A stretch of DNA of 64,000 nt from Dehalococcoidia bacterium (GCA_028279505.1 JANQNP010000067.1:9-64008); one strand, 5' to 3'; numbered from the stretch's first letter, positions 47,321 through 57,402 are shown. Numbers and translations are program-made. Notes: generated by a model not told the origin, from the letters alone.

Positions 47321-48166
47321 CTACGCCTCAGGCGACGCCGTCGCCACGAGCCACCGGATCCGCCGCGTCCCGTCGAGCTGCTCGCGCAGCACCAGCGTGC
47401 ACGTCCCCCAGCCACGCCGCGCGTCACCTTCGAGGACTTCGAACCAACCGAGGTGCGCCGACTGATGGCGGCTCAGCGGCAGCGCGTCCAGCTCGTGGAA
47501 GACGAGACGCCCCTCGCCGCGGCGCGCGGCGACGAGCTGGTCGGCGACCGCTTCGCGCCCGATCTCCCAGCCGCTACCCGGCAGCGACGCGCACACATCC
47601 GAGGTGAGGAGATCCTCGAACGCCGGCGTGGCGCCGTAGAGCGCCTCGCCGATCGGCGCGATTCGCGCCGCACGAGGCGTGTCGCCAGCGTCGTCGGCCG
47701 GCGAGGCAGCGGACAGCGCCTCGAGCACCTCCACCTGCCCAGCCCACATCTCGGCGGTCATCGGCGCGAGGTAGTTCATCTGCTGGCTGACGATCTGCCA
47801 ATCGTCCTCCAGCCTCGCGAGCACCGTCAGGTACCCGCCCGACAGCATCCGCGCCGACCCATCGTCCGATGCGAGCACGTACACCCCGCGCGACACCGCA
47901 CGCTCACCGAGGACAAACCGGTCCTGCTCGATCAGCGCGAGCCGCGGCGGCACCGACTCCATGAACCAGGTGAGCGCCGCCTCGATCGCCGGTCGGCCAT
48001 CGAGCACGATCCCGCTCGCGGCAAGCCAGCGCGCATCCACGGCGTACAGGTCCGCGACCGCAGCCGCGTCCCCGTCGTTGTAGCGCTGCTGGTACGACTC
48101 GAAGAGCCGATCGATCCCGACGGTCGGCGGCAGGCGATCAGGTGGCCGGACAGTGAGGGCACTCAT
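47321..48166 (-). CDS. Tandem NTF2-like (SnoaL/DUF4440) protein
   Basis: GDAAAVADLYAVDA..GRPAI, GYLTVL..DWQI; second degenerate repeat. Confidence 0.75.
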   Translation of the reverse strand: MSALTVRPPDRLPPTVGIDRLFESYQQRYNDGDAAAVADLYAVDARWLAASGIVLDGRPAIEAALTWFMESVPPRLALIEQDRFVLGERAVSRGVYVLASDDGSARMLSGGYLTVLARLEDDWQIVSQQMNYLAPMTAEMWAGQVEVLEALSAASPADDAGDTPRAARIAPIGEALYGATPAFEDLLTSDVCASLPGSGWEIGREAVADQLVAARRGEGRLVFHELDALPLSRHQSAHLGWFEVLEGDARRGWGTCTLVLREQLDGTRRIRWLVATASPEA

Positions 48167-48254
48167 CGACGATCAACCTATCGAGCACCCTCGATCTTCA
48201 CGAGGGCACAACGTCACGAAGTGAGGGGCCGGAGGAGCATACGGCTCGGGACCT

Positions 48255-49478
48255 CTAGCCAGAAGCCGCCTCCGCATGTTCCTGCGCGCGATCGACGCGA
48301 TCCGCCTCGCGCCGCTCGATCGGCCGCCCCGCCGTCCGCGCGATGAACGCGAACGCACCGAGGACAATCACGATCGCCGCCGTGACGAACACCGCACGCG
48401 TCCCCACCGCATCGTTCACCACACCCGTGAGCATCGACCCCAACAACACGCCCGACCCGAACGCCGTCGAGGTCACGCTCATCACCGTCGCCATCCCCAG
48501 ACCGCGACCGATGTCCACCGTCACCGCCTGCGCCGCGACGTTCACCACCGAGGACCCGACCCCGACGCCGAACATGAACCCGAGCAGGATCACCCAGTAG
48601 CTGTCCACGAACGCCGGCGTCAGGTACCCGACCCCCACGAGGCCCGATCCCAGCAACACGAGCACGCGCCGGCTCACCCGGTCCGCGAACAGCCCGGACA
48701 CCGGCTGCATCAACCCGCTCGTCACCTGCTGCGCCGCCAGCACCGCGCCCACCATCGTCGCCGTCGCCGCCAGCTCGTTCTCCAGGAACAGCGCCACGAA
48801 CGTGAAGCTCGCCCCCATCGCGAACGCAAGCGACGTCCGCACGATGTAGAGCGCCTGCACGTACGGGTGCAGCAGGATCTCCCGCCACGGCACCAGCGCC
48901 GGCGCGCCCGAGGCGCCCACACGCGTCGACCGCGATTGCGGCAGCAGCAGGAACGCCAGCATCGTCGAAGCCGTGAACAGCGCCGCCATGCTCAGGAACA
49001 CCGCGTCGATGCTGAACTGATCGCGGATCACCCCGGCCACGATCGGACCGGTCCCGAACCCAACGAAGTCGAAGACCCCGTAGGCGCCCATGTAGCGCCC
49101 CTCGTGACCGTCCGGCGCCAGGTCGCCGATGTACGCCGCGGACAGTGAGAAGATGAACGCCGACCCGATCCCGGAGAACGCCCGGAACGCGATCGTCCAG
49201 AACACCGCGTCCGTCGCCCACCACCCCAGCGCCGTCACGATGTACGTCGACAGCCCCAGCACCAGGAACTGCTTCCGCCCGTACCGGTCCGCGATCCGCC
49301 CGCTGAATGGGCTGATGAACAGCTGCGTGATCGCGAACGCGGAGAACGCCAGCCCGATCTCCGCGCCCGACGCACCCTGCGCCTCGGCGTAGACCGGCAG
49401 GATCGGCGTCACCATGCCGATGCCCATCGTCGCCGTGAACATCGCCATCGCGACCGTCAGGAAGGTCCGGCTCAGCAC
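48255..49478 (-). CDS. MFS transporter (DHA1-like, 12 TM)
   Basis: GRIADRYGRK and GLFADRVSRR motif A copies. Confidence 0.92.
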   Translation of the reverse strand: MLSRTFLTVAMAMFTATMGIGMVTPILPVYAEAQGASGAEIGLAFSAFAITQLFISPFSGRIADRYGRKQFLVLGLSTYIVTALGWWATDAVFWTIAFRAFSGIGSAFIFSLSAAYIGDLAPDGHEGRYMGAYGVFDFVGFGTGPIVAGVIRDQFSIDAVFLSMAALFTASTMLAFLLLPQSRSTRVGASGAPALVPWREILLHPYVQALYIVRTSLAFAMGASFTFVALFLENELAATATMVGAVLAAQQVTSGLMQPVSGLFADRVSRRVLVLLGSGLVGVGYLTPAFVDSYWVILLGFMFGVGVGSSVVNVAAQAVTVDIGRGLGMATVMSVTSTAFGSGVLLGSMLTGVVNDAVGTRAVFVTAAIVIVLGAFAFIARTAGRPIERREADRVDRAQEHAEAASG

Positions 49479-49521
49479 CCTGTTGTCCTTCGACGCCGCC
49501 GCACGGCGGCCAATGCACCCC

Positions 49522-49548
49522 AACGAAAAGCCCGCCGGATGGCGGGCT
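49522..49548 (-). terminator. Intrinsic terminator after rpsN
   Basis: Minus strand AGCCCGCC-ATCC-GGCGGGCT-TTTCGTT. Confidence 0.75.
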
Positions 49549-49576
49549 GGTCAGTCACGGTCGAGGTAGCAGCCCG

Positions 49577-49882
49577 CTACCAGCTCGACTTCTTCACGCC
49601 CGGGAGCATCCCCTGGTTCGCAAGCTCGCGGAACACGATCCGCGAGACCCCAAACTTGCGCATGTACGCCCGAGGGCGCCCCGTCACGCCGCAACGGTTC
49701 ACCAGCCGCGTCGCGCTCGAGTCCCGCGGCAGCTTCCCGAGCTTCGTGTACGCCTCCAGCTTGTCGTCTGGCGAGGCGTTCGGATCGGAGATCACCTTCG
49801 TCAGCTCGGCACGCTTCTCGGCGTAGCGCTCGATCAGCACCTGTCGCCGGGCGTTCTTCGCAAGCTTGGATTTCTTGGCCAT
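49577..49882 (-). CDS. rpsN: 30S ribosomal protein S14, long (101 aa) zinc-independent form
   Basis: MAKKSK...[19 protein letters not shown]...[22 protein letters not shown]; only one Cys. Confidence 0.97.
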   Translation of the reverse strand: MAKKSKLAKNARRQVLIERYAEKRAELTKVISDPNASPDDKLEAYTKLGKLPRDSSATRLVNRCGVTGRPRAYMRKFGVSRIVFRELANQGMLPGVKKSSW

Positions 49883-50095
49883 GGAGAGTTCTGTCCTGCT
49901 GTAAGCGCGAAGAGCGAGTATGACGGTGTATCGACCGAGCGGCAACGGGGCTCCCGCAACCCACCGACCGAGTGCCCGCCCCGCCCGCGACCACTGCGGA
50001 CCGGAGCTCGGCTCTGGTGACCAAGCCGCCCCCTGCGTAGGATCCGCCCACCCGTAACCGGTCACGAAGAGCGGTGACCCGATAGAGGAGGATTC

Positions 50096-51346
50096 ATGGC
50101 GTCCGGCCCCCTGAACGGCGTGCGCGTGCTGGAGTTCACACAGATCATCGCCGGCCCGCTCTCGTGCCAGCTCCTCTCCGACCTCGGCGCGGACGTCATC
50201 AAGATCGAGCCTCCGCAGGGCGAACCGTGGCGCCTCGCACAGCAGTTCATCCCACTCGAATCCAAGACCTACCAGGGCCTGAATCGCGGCAAGCGCTCCC
50301 TCGCCATCGACCTCGCCCACCCCGACGCCCGCGAGGTGATCTACAAGCTCCTCGAAGACATCGACGTGATGGTCATCAACTACCGGCCGGACGTCCCCAC
50401 CAAGCTCGGCATCGACTACGAATCCGTCCGCGCCATCAAGCCCGACATCATCTACGCCGACAACACCGCCTTCGGCCGCGAAGGCCCCTGGGCCACCCGC
50501 CCGGGCTACGACATCGTCGTCCAGGCCGCCTCCGGCCTCATGGCCGGTCTCGCCAAGCTCGACGACCGAGGTAACCCCAAGGTCGGCGGCGCCTACGCCG
50601 ACTACACCACCGGGTACTCGCTCGCCCTCGGCATCTCCGCTGCCCTCTACCACCGCGCACAGACCGGCCAGGGCCAGATGCTCGAGACCTCACTGCTGAT
50701 CAACGCCTTCCACATCCAGGGCCAGTCGATGTCCCTCCCCGCTGCCGACGCCGCCACACGCGGCAAGCTCCTCGCCGACCTCGAAACCCGCGAGGCCGAT
50801 GGGGTCGACTACGCCCAGTTCGTCCGCGACCACGAGCGCATCCCGCAGATCTACTACCGCGCCTACGCCACGAAAGACGGCGCGATCGCCATCGGCGCGC
50901 TCTCGGCGTCCCTCCGCGCCAAGGTCCGCGCGGCCTTCGAGGTCGAACACAACCGCGACGAACCCGGCTACGACATGCACGACCCCGCACAGCAGGCCAT
51001 CGACGCCGCCGTCACCGAGCAGGTCGAAGCGATGGTCCGCGAACAAACCTCCGACTACTGGGAATCCCACCTCGAGTCCCACGGCGTCCCCGTGAGCAAG
51101 GTCAACTTCGTCGAGGAGCTCTCATCGCACCCGCAGGTCACCGAGAACGACTACATGGTCCACCTCGACCACGAACTCTCCGGCCCGCAGGAGATGGCCG
51201 CCCCACCGTGGCGAATGAGCGAAACCCCGCCCGCCGCCCAGGGCGCCGCCCCACCGCTCGGTCGCGACACCGACGCCATCCTCGAGGCCGCCGGCTACCC
51301 CGCCGACAAGATCGCCGCCCTCCGCGAGGCCGGCGCCATCCACTAG
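50096..51346 (+). CDS. CaiB/BaiF family III CoA-transferase
   Basis: [34 protein letters not shown]. Confidence 0.95.
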   Translation: MASGPLNGVRVLEFTQIIAGPLSCQLLSDLGADVIKIEPPQGEPWRLAQQFIPLESKTYQGLNRGKRSLAIDLAHPDAREVIYKLLEDIDVMVINYRPDVPTKLGIDYESVRAIKPDIIYADNTAFGREGPWATRPGYDIVVQAASGLMAGLAKLDDRGNPKVGGAYADYTTGYSLALGISAALYHRAQTGQGQMLETSLLINAFHIQGQSMSLPAADAATRGKLLADLETREADGVDYAQFVRDHERIPQIYYRAYATKDGAIAIGALSASLRAKVRAAFEVEHNRDEPGYDMHDPAQQAIDAAVTEQVEAMVREQTSDYWESHLESHGVPVSKVNFVEELSSHPQVTENDYMVHLDHELSGPQEMAAPPWRMSETPPAAQGAAPPLGRDTDAILEAAGYPADKIAALREAGAIH

Positions 51347-51374
51347 CGACGCCGGTCCGAGCAGGTTCCCCCCG

Positions 51375-51989
51375 TCACGGCGTTGGCATCTCCTCAATCA
51401 CCACGTCGACCCAGACGGAGGTACCACCCTCGGGGTTCGGAGACTCGATGCGGGTCGGCAGACCATCCGTCCAGTGCTCCGTGACGACCGAGCCATCCGG
51501 GTTGGTGGTGGTCACACGTGAGTCGCCGCCACCCAGGCGTAGCTCCTCAACGGAGCTGCCATCATCGAAGTCGACTCTCATGCTCGTCAGCTCCCCGGAG
51601 GCGTCGTAGTCAGAGGTCATCCTCGAGCCCTGGAACACGTCGGTCGTCGTGCGGCTCCCATCCTCGTGAGTGTCGGTCGTCGACGCGCTCGCGCCGGAAC
51701 GCTCGAGTGGAGCCTGCATCCACTCGTCCGTGACCTCGCCGTTGGCGTCCCGCACGGTCACCGTCCGCAGCCCATCCTCGTCAAGGACTGACTCGACGGT
51801 CGAGCCATCGGCGTTCGTCGCCGTCGCGCGGCTCGGCCCGCGCTGATTCGCGATCCTCGAGGGCCCGCCACCACTCGCGGCCGCCGGTCCCGGGTCGAGC
51901 GTCGCGCCCGAGCCAGCTCCACCCGGAGCCCCACCGCCGGCCGCCGGCTGCGGAGTCTGAGGTGCGTTCGCTACGTTGCCTCGTTCCAT
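51375..51989 (-). CDS. Hypothetical acidic protein: Gly/Pro/Ala-rich N-terminus plus (N/D)xDGS beta-hairpin repeats
   Basis: SD GGAGGA; NADGS, DEDG, DANG, HEDGS, DASG, DDGS, NPDGS, NPEGG turns; no signal peptide. Confidence 0.7.
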   Translation of the reverse strand: MERGNVANAPQTPQPAAGGGAPGGAGSGATLDPGPAAASGGGPSRIANQRGPSRATATNADGSTVESVLDEDGLRTVTVRDANGEVTDEWMQAPLERSGASASTTDTHEDGSRTTTDVFQGSRMTSDYDASGELTSMRVDFDDGSSVEELRLGGGDSRVTTTNPDGSVVTEHWTDGLPTRIESPNPEGGTSVWVDVVIEEMPTP

Positions 51990-52032
51990 CGATTCCTCCA
52001 CGGTCCGGCGCCGATCAGCGCCATCACTTCCG

Positions 52033-54102
52033 TCAGTCCTGCTGAGGGTTCCGCTCGCACAGGTTCTCGATCGCCCGATTCGATGTGCCGAGGCTCCGAA
52101 GATCCTCGAGTACATACGAACACCACTCGCCGATCACCCGGGACGCAAAGCGCGCTTCCGGGAACTCTGGATCGATCACCGAGGTCTCCGGGTCGACGAC
52201 CCGGCGGTTAGTCGTGAATTCGACCGTGGGACCGAACCCGCAGCCACCCGGGTCGGGATCCGCGACCGCGATCCAGGGACGTTCGAACGAACGCACCACC
52301 GTCAGCGGCAGCCGGACGTGCGCGGCGTAGGCCCCGGCCCCGCACGAGTAGCGACCGCTGTCCGGCGAGTCCACCAGGTCGAACGCGTAGCGGTAGAAGT
52401 GTTCGCCATCGATGATCACCGTCTCTAAACGGACACCCCGCCCGCCCTCGGCGGTCCCGAACGGCGTCGCGAGGCCCGGCGCCTCCGTCGCCGCGAGCGA
52501 AGCATCACCGCCGGGCGCGGCGACGCTGTCGCCTGTGTCCGAGCCACCTCCGAGGACCAACACCGCGACGAGCACGACGCCGATCGCACCGATCCCCAGA
52601 CCGATCACGAGTGGCAGATTCCAGTTCTCCCAGAACGGCCCGGACCCTGGCAGCGCAACCTCGCTGCCGCTCCCCTTGTCGCCCGACGTCGCGCCCAGAG
52701 GTTCGGCAACCGCTGGACCCGGCGGCGCCGACGTGCCAGCGCCGCCTGATGCCGGTCGCGCCGGCGGTGCCGCCGTCGTTGCGGTGGCCCCACGCCGGGC
52801 CTCGGTCGTTGCCCGCAACGCGCCCGAGGACAGCGCCGCCAGCCGAGCCACCCCATCTCGACCGCGCTCCGGCGGCGCGAGCGCGGCGCCGGGCGCCACC
52901 TCGTCGAAGAGCCCACCGTCGACGGCATCGTGGTAGCTGCGAAGCACCCTCCGCGGCGACGCCGCGCGCAGATAGCCCTCAACCAACCGATCCAACCGCC
53001 CCGTAGCCAGGTCTGAGCGAACCTCGGCGAGCCGGTCGCGCGGCACAGCGAAGTAAGCGCGTCGCGCGCCGTCGACCTCGTAGAGCACGTAGTCCCACGT
53101 AACGCGAAACGGACGGACCGCAAACCCCGGTCGAACGATCGAACCCAGCGCCTCGCCCATCGGATGAGTGCGAGGCTCGGATGCACAATCCCTCGAGGGC
53201 GCTCGCGAGACCTGCGACTCGAGCGGTAGCGCCTCCATGCCCGCGACGAAATCGTCGACGAGCTCGAGCTCGGTATCGGTCAGCGCGGAAGACAACCGCT
53301 CGCGGGCTGCGTCCCAGCTCCGCTCCAGCAGGCGCTGACCGCTGATCGCCGGCGCCAACCGCCGTCGCAACGAGGCGTCACGCCCCTCCGCGTACAGGTC
53401 GACGCCGAACGCGCTTCGATCGATGTACCAGCCGAACCGATCAACCGCCGGCGCGACATCAGCCTCAACCGCCGGCGGCAGCGATCGGCGGCTTCGAAGC
53501 CCGGTCGCCACATCGAGGCAGAGCAGCGCGCCGCCGGTCGCGACCGCGAGCGCCGCCGCCAGCGGACGCCCCTTGCAGTAGTCCCCGCCGAGCTCCAGTC
53601 GCCCCCACCGAGGCCGCACAAGCAACCCCGGCGAATCGCTCCGCTCCATCAGCAGCATCAACGCCGGCGCGAACGTCCGCGCAAACAACCCGGCCACTTC
53701 CACCACGTGCTCATCGGGAATCGCGACCGAGAGGTGCGTCGACACACCCTCGATGGCGAACTCGTCCTCCAGGAGGTCGGTCAGCGTGCGATCGCCCGCG
53801 GCGATCCAGCGCAGCGCCTCATCGGTGAACCCGGGCTCGAGCGCGATCGGAGGAGTCGCGAACTCCGCCTCCGACCCATCGCACGTCAGCGCGAGCCCAC
53901 TCGGCAGCCGCACAGCATGCCGGTCGCCCGGATCGAGCCGGGCGCGCGGAACCTCGAGGGCGGGCAACAGTCGACGGAAGTCGACAGGCGCGCCGTCCAG
54001 GGCGCGAACGATGAACTCGTGCTCGATCCCGACAACGGTGCCGGAATCGACCGGAACAGCGAGCCGAGGCTCGGCGACGCCACCCCTACTGATCGTGACC
54101 AC
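52033..54102 (-). CDS. Single-pass membrane protein with a cytoplasmic PafA/Dop-like carboxylate-amine ligase domain and an extracellular Cys domain
   Basis: GIEHEF, LPSGLALTCDG, EFATP, AAGDRTLTDLL, STH, RLELGGD, VTWDYV; TM LVIGLGIGAIGVVLVAVLVL; DPDPGGCGFG. Confidence 0.72.
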   Translation of the reverse strand: MVTISRGGVAEPRLAVPVDSGTVVGIEHEFIVRALDGAPVDFRRLLPALEVPRARLDPGDRHAVRLPSGLALTCDGSEAEFATPPIALEPGFTDEALRWIAAGDRTLTDLLEDEFAIEGVSTHLSVAIPDEHVVEVAGLFARTFAPALMLLMERSDSPGLLVRPRWGRLELGGDYCKGRPLAAALAVATGGALLCLDVATGLRSRRSLPPAVEADVAPAVDRFGWYIDRSAFGVDLYAEGRDASLRRRLAPAISGQRLLERSWDAARERLSSALTDTELELVDDFVAGMEALPLESQVSRAPSRDCASEPRTHPMGEALGSIVRPGFAVRPFRVTWDYVLYEVDGARRAYFAVPRDRLAEVRSDLATGRLDRLVEGYLRAASPRRVLRSYHDAVDGGLFDEVAPGAALAPPERGRDGVARLAALSSGALRATTEARRGATATTAAPPARPASGGAGTSAPPGPAVAEPLGATSGDKGSGSEVALPGSGPFWENWNLPLVIGLGIGAIGVVLVAVLVLGGGSDTGDSVAAPGGDASLAATEAPGLATPFGTAEGGRGVRLETVIIDGEHFYRYAFDLVDSPDSGRYSCGAGAYAAHVRLPLTVVRSFERPWIAVADPDPGGCGFGPTVEFTTNRRVVDPETSVIDPEFPEARFASRVIGEWCSYVLEDLRSLGTSNRAIENLCERNPQQD

Positions 54103-54287
54103 GCCTCGTCGCCCCTCGTCACCAATTCGCCCCGACCGACCGGACTGTACTAGAGAACCATGCAGCCTCGGCTACTCCCGGGGCGCCGGGGAGTATCACC
54201 CATCGCACCCGCCTCCGCCCGACAGCTCACATCGAAGCGCCCATCGCTTCGAGGAACCGTCGAAACGGAAGAGGCTGCAACCGGCTT

Positions 54288-55295
54288 CTAGGCCGGCGTC
54301 GCTTCGGGCGTCGGCTCGACGGTCGGTTCGGGAGTCGGGTCCGGTGTCGGGGTGGGTTCCGGAGTCGCCGAGGCACCCGGTCCGGGCGTCGGCTCCGGCG
54401 TTGCCTCAGGAGCCGGCTCCGGCGTGCTCGTCGGTTCGGGCGTCGCCGCCGGCTCGGGCGTCGCAGTGGACTGGGGCGTGCCCGTCGGCTCAGGCGTCGC
54501 AGCTGGCTCCGGAGTGCCCGCAGGCTCGGGCGTCGCCGCCGGCTCGGGCGTGGCTGTGGGCTCCGGCGTCGCCGACGGCTCCGAGCCCGAATCGTCTGAC
54601 GTCCCGACGGTCTGATCCGCGATCTCAACCTCGTTCGACGGCTCAGACTCCATCCCCGACGCATCGATCCCGACCACCCGGTAGTAGAACGTCACCCCGT
54701 CCTCGATCGGCGAGTCGACGAACTCACTCCCCAGCGGCGCCCCAACGATCTCGTACGGCCCGCCCGAACTCCGCGAACGGAGCACGACGTACCCCACGCT
54801 CACATCGTCATCCGGCCAATCCAACGTCGCGTACCGAATCGAGTGATGCTCCGACCCAGTCAGATGCCCACCGAGGAAGTACGTGAACTTCGGCCGGCAA
54901 TGCACGCGGGGCGACTCCGCCGGCTCCCCTGGCGCCCCGCCAACCACCGCACTCACCCGGTACTGATGCCGGAGGAAGCTCGGCTTCAGCGCCAGCTCCG
55001 TCGTCCCCCCACCCACCGAGGCAAGATCGCGATACCCCGAGGAAAACGGCCCTTTGTGCTCAATCTCGTACCCCTCGGCACCCTCGACCGCCCCCCACTC
55101 CAGCTGCGCGATCGGGTGGCGGTACCAGTCGATGTCACAGTCGACGTCCGCCGGGGTCCCCGACGGCACGTCGATGTCCGCCGGGATCACGAGGGCGTCG
55201 AGCTGGCTATCGCCAACAGAGATCGTCGCCGCGTTTGCGGTGATCGTCGTGATCGCCACGACCAGCAGTCCCAGAACGACGACGCGCCTGATCAC
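54288..55295 (-). CDS. Secreted protein with two fibronectin type III-like domains and a Pro/Thr/Glu repeat tail
   Basis: Signal peptide; LEW..V.GA.GYEI, YRVSAV, LDWP..V.GYVVLRS, YYRVVGID..G.ES.PSN; (TPEPxA)n. Confidence 0.82.
   Translation of the reverse strand: MIRRVVVLGLLVVAITTITANAATISVGDSQLDALVIPADIDVPSGTPADVDCDIDWYRHPIAQLEWGAVEGAEGYEIEHKGPFSSGYRDLASVGGGTTELALKPSFLRHQYRVSAVVGGAPGEPAESPRVHCRPKFTYFLGGHLTGSEHHSIRYATLDWPDDDVSVGYVVLRSRSSGGPYEIVGAPLGSEFVDSPIEDGVTFYYRVVGIDASGMESEPSNEVEIADQTVGTSDDSGSEPSATPEPTATPEPAATPEPAGTPEPAATPEPTGTPQSTATPEPAATPEPTSTPEPAPEATPEPTPGPGASATPEPTPTPDPTPEPTVEPTPEATPA
54291..54590 (-). repeat. Coding 18-nt degenerate tandem repeat (TPEPxA)
   Basis: About a dozen TPEP-type units at the protein C-terminus. 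Confidence 0.8.
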
Positions 55296-56920
55296 TCGCG
55301 GTCGCCCGCCAGCTCAGTGAGATTGGAGAAGGGTGAGCCGGCTGGCTGACCATCTCCTTGGCCGGTCACGTACTCGTACGAATCCTCGCCTTCACGAACG
55401 AAGTAGCGCGTCCCACGCAGCCCTTGCTCCATGAAGATGATGCCGCCGTCGCGCCGTGCGAGACGCGCCAGGTCGGACATCGTGGCAAGCACCGTCACCT
55501 TCGAGGCCGTCCCGGCCTGTCCTGGCTGAACACGCAGCAGCATCGAGTGATAGCGCGCCTGGATCCTGCCGTCCTCGTCGCGCCCGACGCCGAGCAGCCA
55601 GACGGCGAGCGCTCCCCCGAGCACGACTGCCCCGAGAACGAACCCGGCGACGGCAACCTGCCGCCAGCGGGCGACCGTCAGCTCGAGGCCCAACGGCGCG
55701 TAGGTGTTCGACACCTGGATCGTCTCACCGAGGCTGGTCGGTTCGCTCTGCGAGAGCAGCGTCGCTGGCCGGATCTCAGTGTCGCTGTACTCCACCGACA
55801 GCACCGGACTGAACTGCTCGCTGATCTGATTCGGGCCGAGCGCCCCTTGTAGGTCGACGGTCGGCACGACCTGCAGCTCATAGCGGGCAGGCGTGAAGCC
55901 GGTCTCCGCCTCCAGCGCCTCGACCAGGGCCGCAATCTCAGAGAACCGGAACCGCAGTTCGCCGCTGGTCTCCGCACCCTCGAACGGCATCGGGTCGATC
56001 GTGATCGGCGTCTGCGTCCACCCGTCCCCCGCACGAACCTGCAGTTCGAACCCTAGCTCGCCGCCCACGACCGGAGGCAGCGACGAGCTCAACGCGTAGT
56101 TGAAGCGAACCACCATCTCGCGCGCCAGGTTCGTGTAGACCGGCTGATCGAGGACCGCGGTTCCCTCCTCGTCGGTCTCGGACGGCGCGATGATCCCACC
56201 CGGATACAACCGCGAAGGCTCCATCACGAGGTAGTAGTCGAACCCGCCCTGATGCTCGTACGCGAGCTGCTCATCGAACGCCGAGTGCGACGAGTCCTCC
56301 CGGAACGCCCCGAACCCGATCGCCGCGAACAGCAGGATCGCCCCGGCACCCAGGGCGAGAGGCAGGAACAACGCCGCGGGAAGCGGCGGCATCGATCCGA
56401 GCCCGCTCGCCGACTCATGTCGCTCGCCGCCATGCTCGCTCGTCATCACCGTCCTCCTTCGCGCACGACCACTCGAGGTCCGCCAGTTGATCCCGCCGAT
56501 CGCGAACAGACCGGCCGCCGCGATCCCGAAGTGAACCGGCTCGCCAAGCCGGAGCAGCTGACTCGCCCCACCGGGCACGGCGAACCACTGCCGCCCGAGA
56601 ATCTCGTCGGGCGTCGGTCTCCAGTCATCAATCTCGTTCCGGTTGTCACCCTGAGGAACGAACCCCTCGGCCGCGTTGCCACCAACAATCCGGTGGATTA
56701 CCACACCGCCCTCCGGCACCCGGAAGGCGATCACATCTCCGACCTCGTAGTCCGAAGCACGCCGAACGACCACCAGGTCGCCGGTGTATAGCGTCGGCTC
56801 CATGCTGATGCCCGAGACGAAGATGTAGTCTGCCGGACCGTTCAGCATGAACCCCGGCCGGAGCAGCACGAACCAGCTAGCGAGCAGCAAGACCGGGATC
56901 AGCGTGGCTAGCTTGCGCAC
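55292..56920 (-). CDS. SipW/ER-type signal peptidase I fused to a large membrane-anchored domain (DUF5305-like)
   Basis: VSGISMEPTLYTGD, GDVIAF, IHRIV (Ser-His dyad), QGDN..D; two further TM segments flanking an extracellular beta domain. Confidence 0.88.
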   Translation of the reverse strand: MRKLATLIPVLLLASWFVLLRPGFMLNGPADYIFVSGISMEPTLYTGDLVVVRRASDYEVGDVIAFRVPEGGVVIHRIVGGNAAEGFVPQGDNRNEIDDWRPTPDEILGRQWFAVPGGASQLLRLGEPVHFGIAAAGLFAIGGINWRTSSGRARRRTVMTSEHGGERHESASGLGSMPPLPAALFLPLALGAGAILLFAAIGFGAFREDSSHSAFDEQLAYEHQGGFDYYLVMEPSRLYPGGIIAPSETDEEGTAVLDQPVYTNLAREMVVRFNYALSSSLPPVVGGELGFELQVRAGDGWTQTPITIDPMPFEGAETSGELRFRFSEIAALVEALEAETGFTPARYELQVVPTVDLQGALGPNQISEQFSPVLSVEYSDTEIRPATLLSQSEPTSLGETIQVSNTYAPLGLELTVARWRQVAVAGFVLGAVVLGGALAVWLLGVGRDEDGRIQARYHSMLLRVQPGQAGTASKVTVLATMSDLARLARRDGGIIFMEQGLRGTRYFVREGEDSYEYVTGQGDGQPAGSPFSNLTELAGDRE

Positions 56921-56961
56921 GATCTGATCCCGGTCATCTGCTCATCCACCAGGTCCCGGCG

Positions 56962-57402
56962 TCACAGATCCACGCAGGTACCGGGGCTGGCGTTCTGGAA
57001 GCAAACCGTCAAACGAATGGAATCGATCTCTTCAAGCAGGATCCCCTGCCCGAAGAAGTTGAAGTCCGCCGTCGACGGCGCCCCGTTCGGTGCCATCACC
57101 CGATGCAACGTCGACCCGAGGGGTGCGCCGCTTCCATCTCGAAGCGTGAGAAACGCATCCACCTCGACGAGTCCTGGAGGCCCATCCTTCGCCAGTGTGA
57201 CGAAGACTCGGTGCAGCTCCAACGGCGAACTCGCGTCCGCCTGCCAGGTCACGTCTGTGACCTTGACCGGCGGCGCATCAACGACGCCGGAGCCACCCGC
57301 CCCAGAGCTCCCACCCACGCTCCCGCCGGTCGCGTGCGCGACCGTAAGAGCGAGGGCGAAGACCCCGAAGACGACCGGCAAGAGCCGAGTGAGTCTCCTC
57401 AT
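56962..57402 (-). CDS. Secreted pilin-like protein, probable SipW substrate
   Basis: Signal peptide then GSSGAGGSGVV....VTDVTW; C-terminal Cys pair. Confidence 0.7.
   Translation of the reverse strand: MRRLTRLLPVVFGVFALALTVAHATGGSVGGSSGAGGSGVVDAPPVKVTDVTWQADASSPLELHRVFVTLAKDGPPGLVEVDAFLTLRDGSGAPLGSTLHRVMAPNGAPSTADFNFFGQGILLEEIDSIRLTVCFQNASPGTCVDL

Noticed and set aside
49883..50653. 358-aa ORF appearing as an S14 fusion
   Set aside because: S14 begins at ATG 49882; the upstream part is antisense to the CoA-transferase.
51375..51989. Pup/UBact homologue
   Set aside because: 204 aa and ends in EEMPTP rather than GGE/GGQ; kept only as an uncharacterised partner candidate.
54291..54590. CRISPR-like repeat array
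   Set aside because: Degenerate 18-nt coding repeats (TPEP) without spacers or cas genes.
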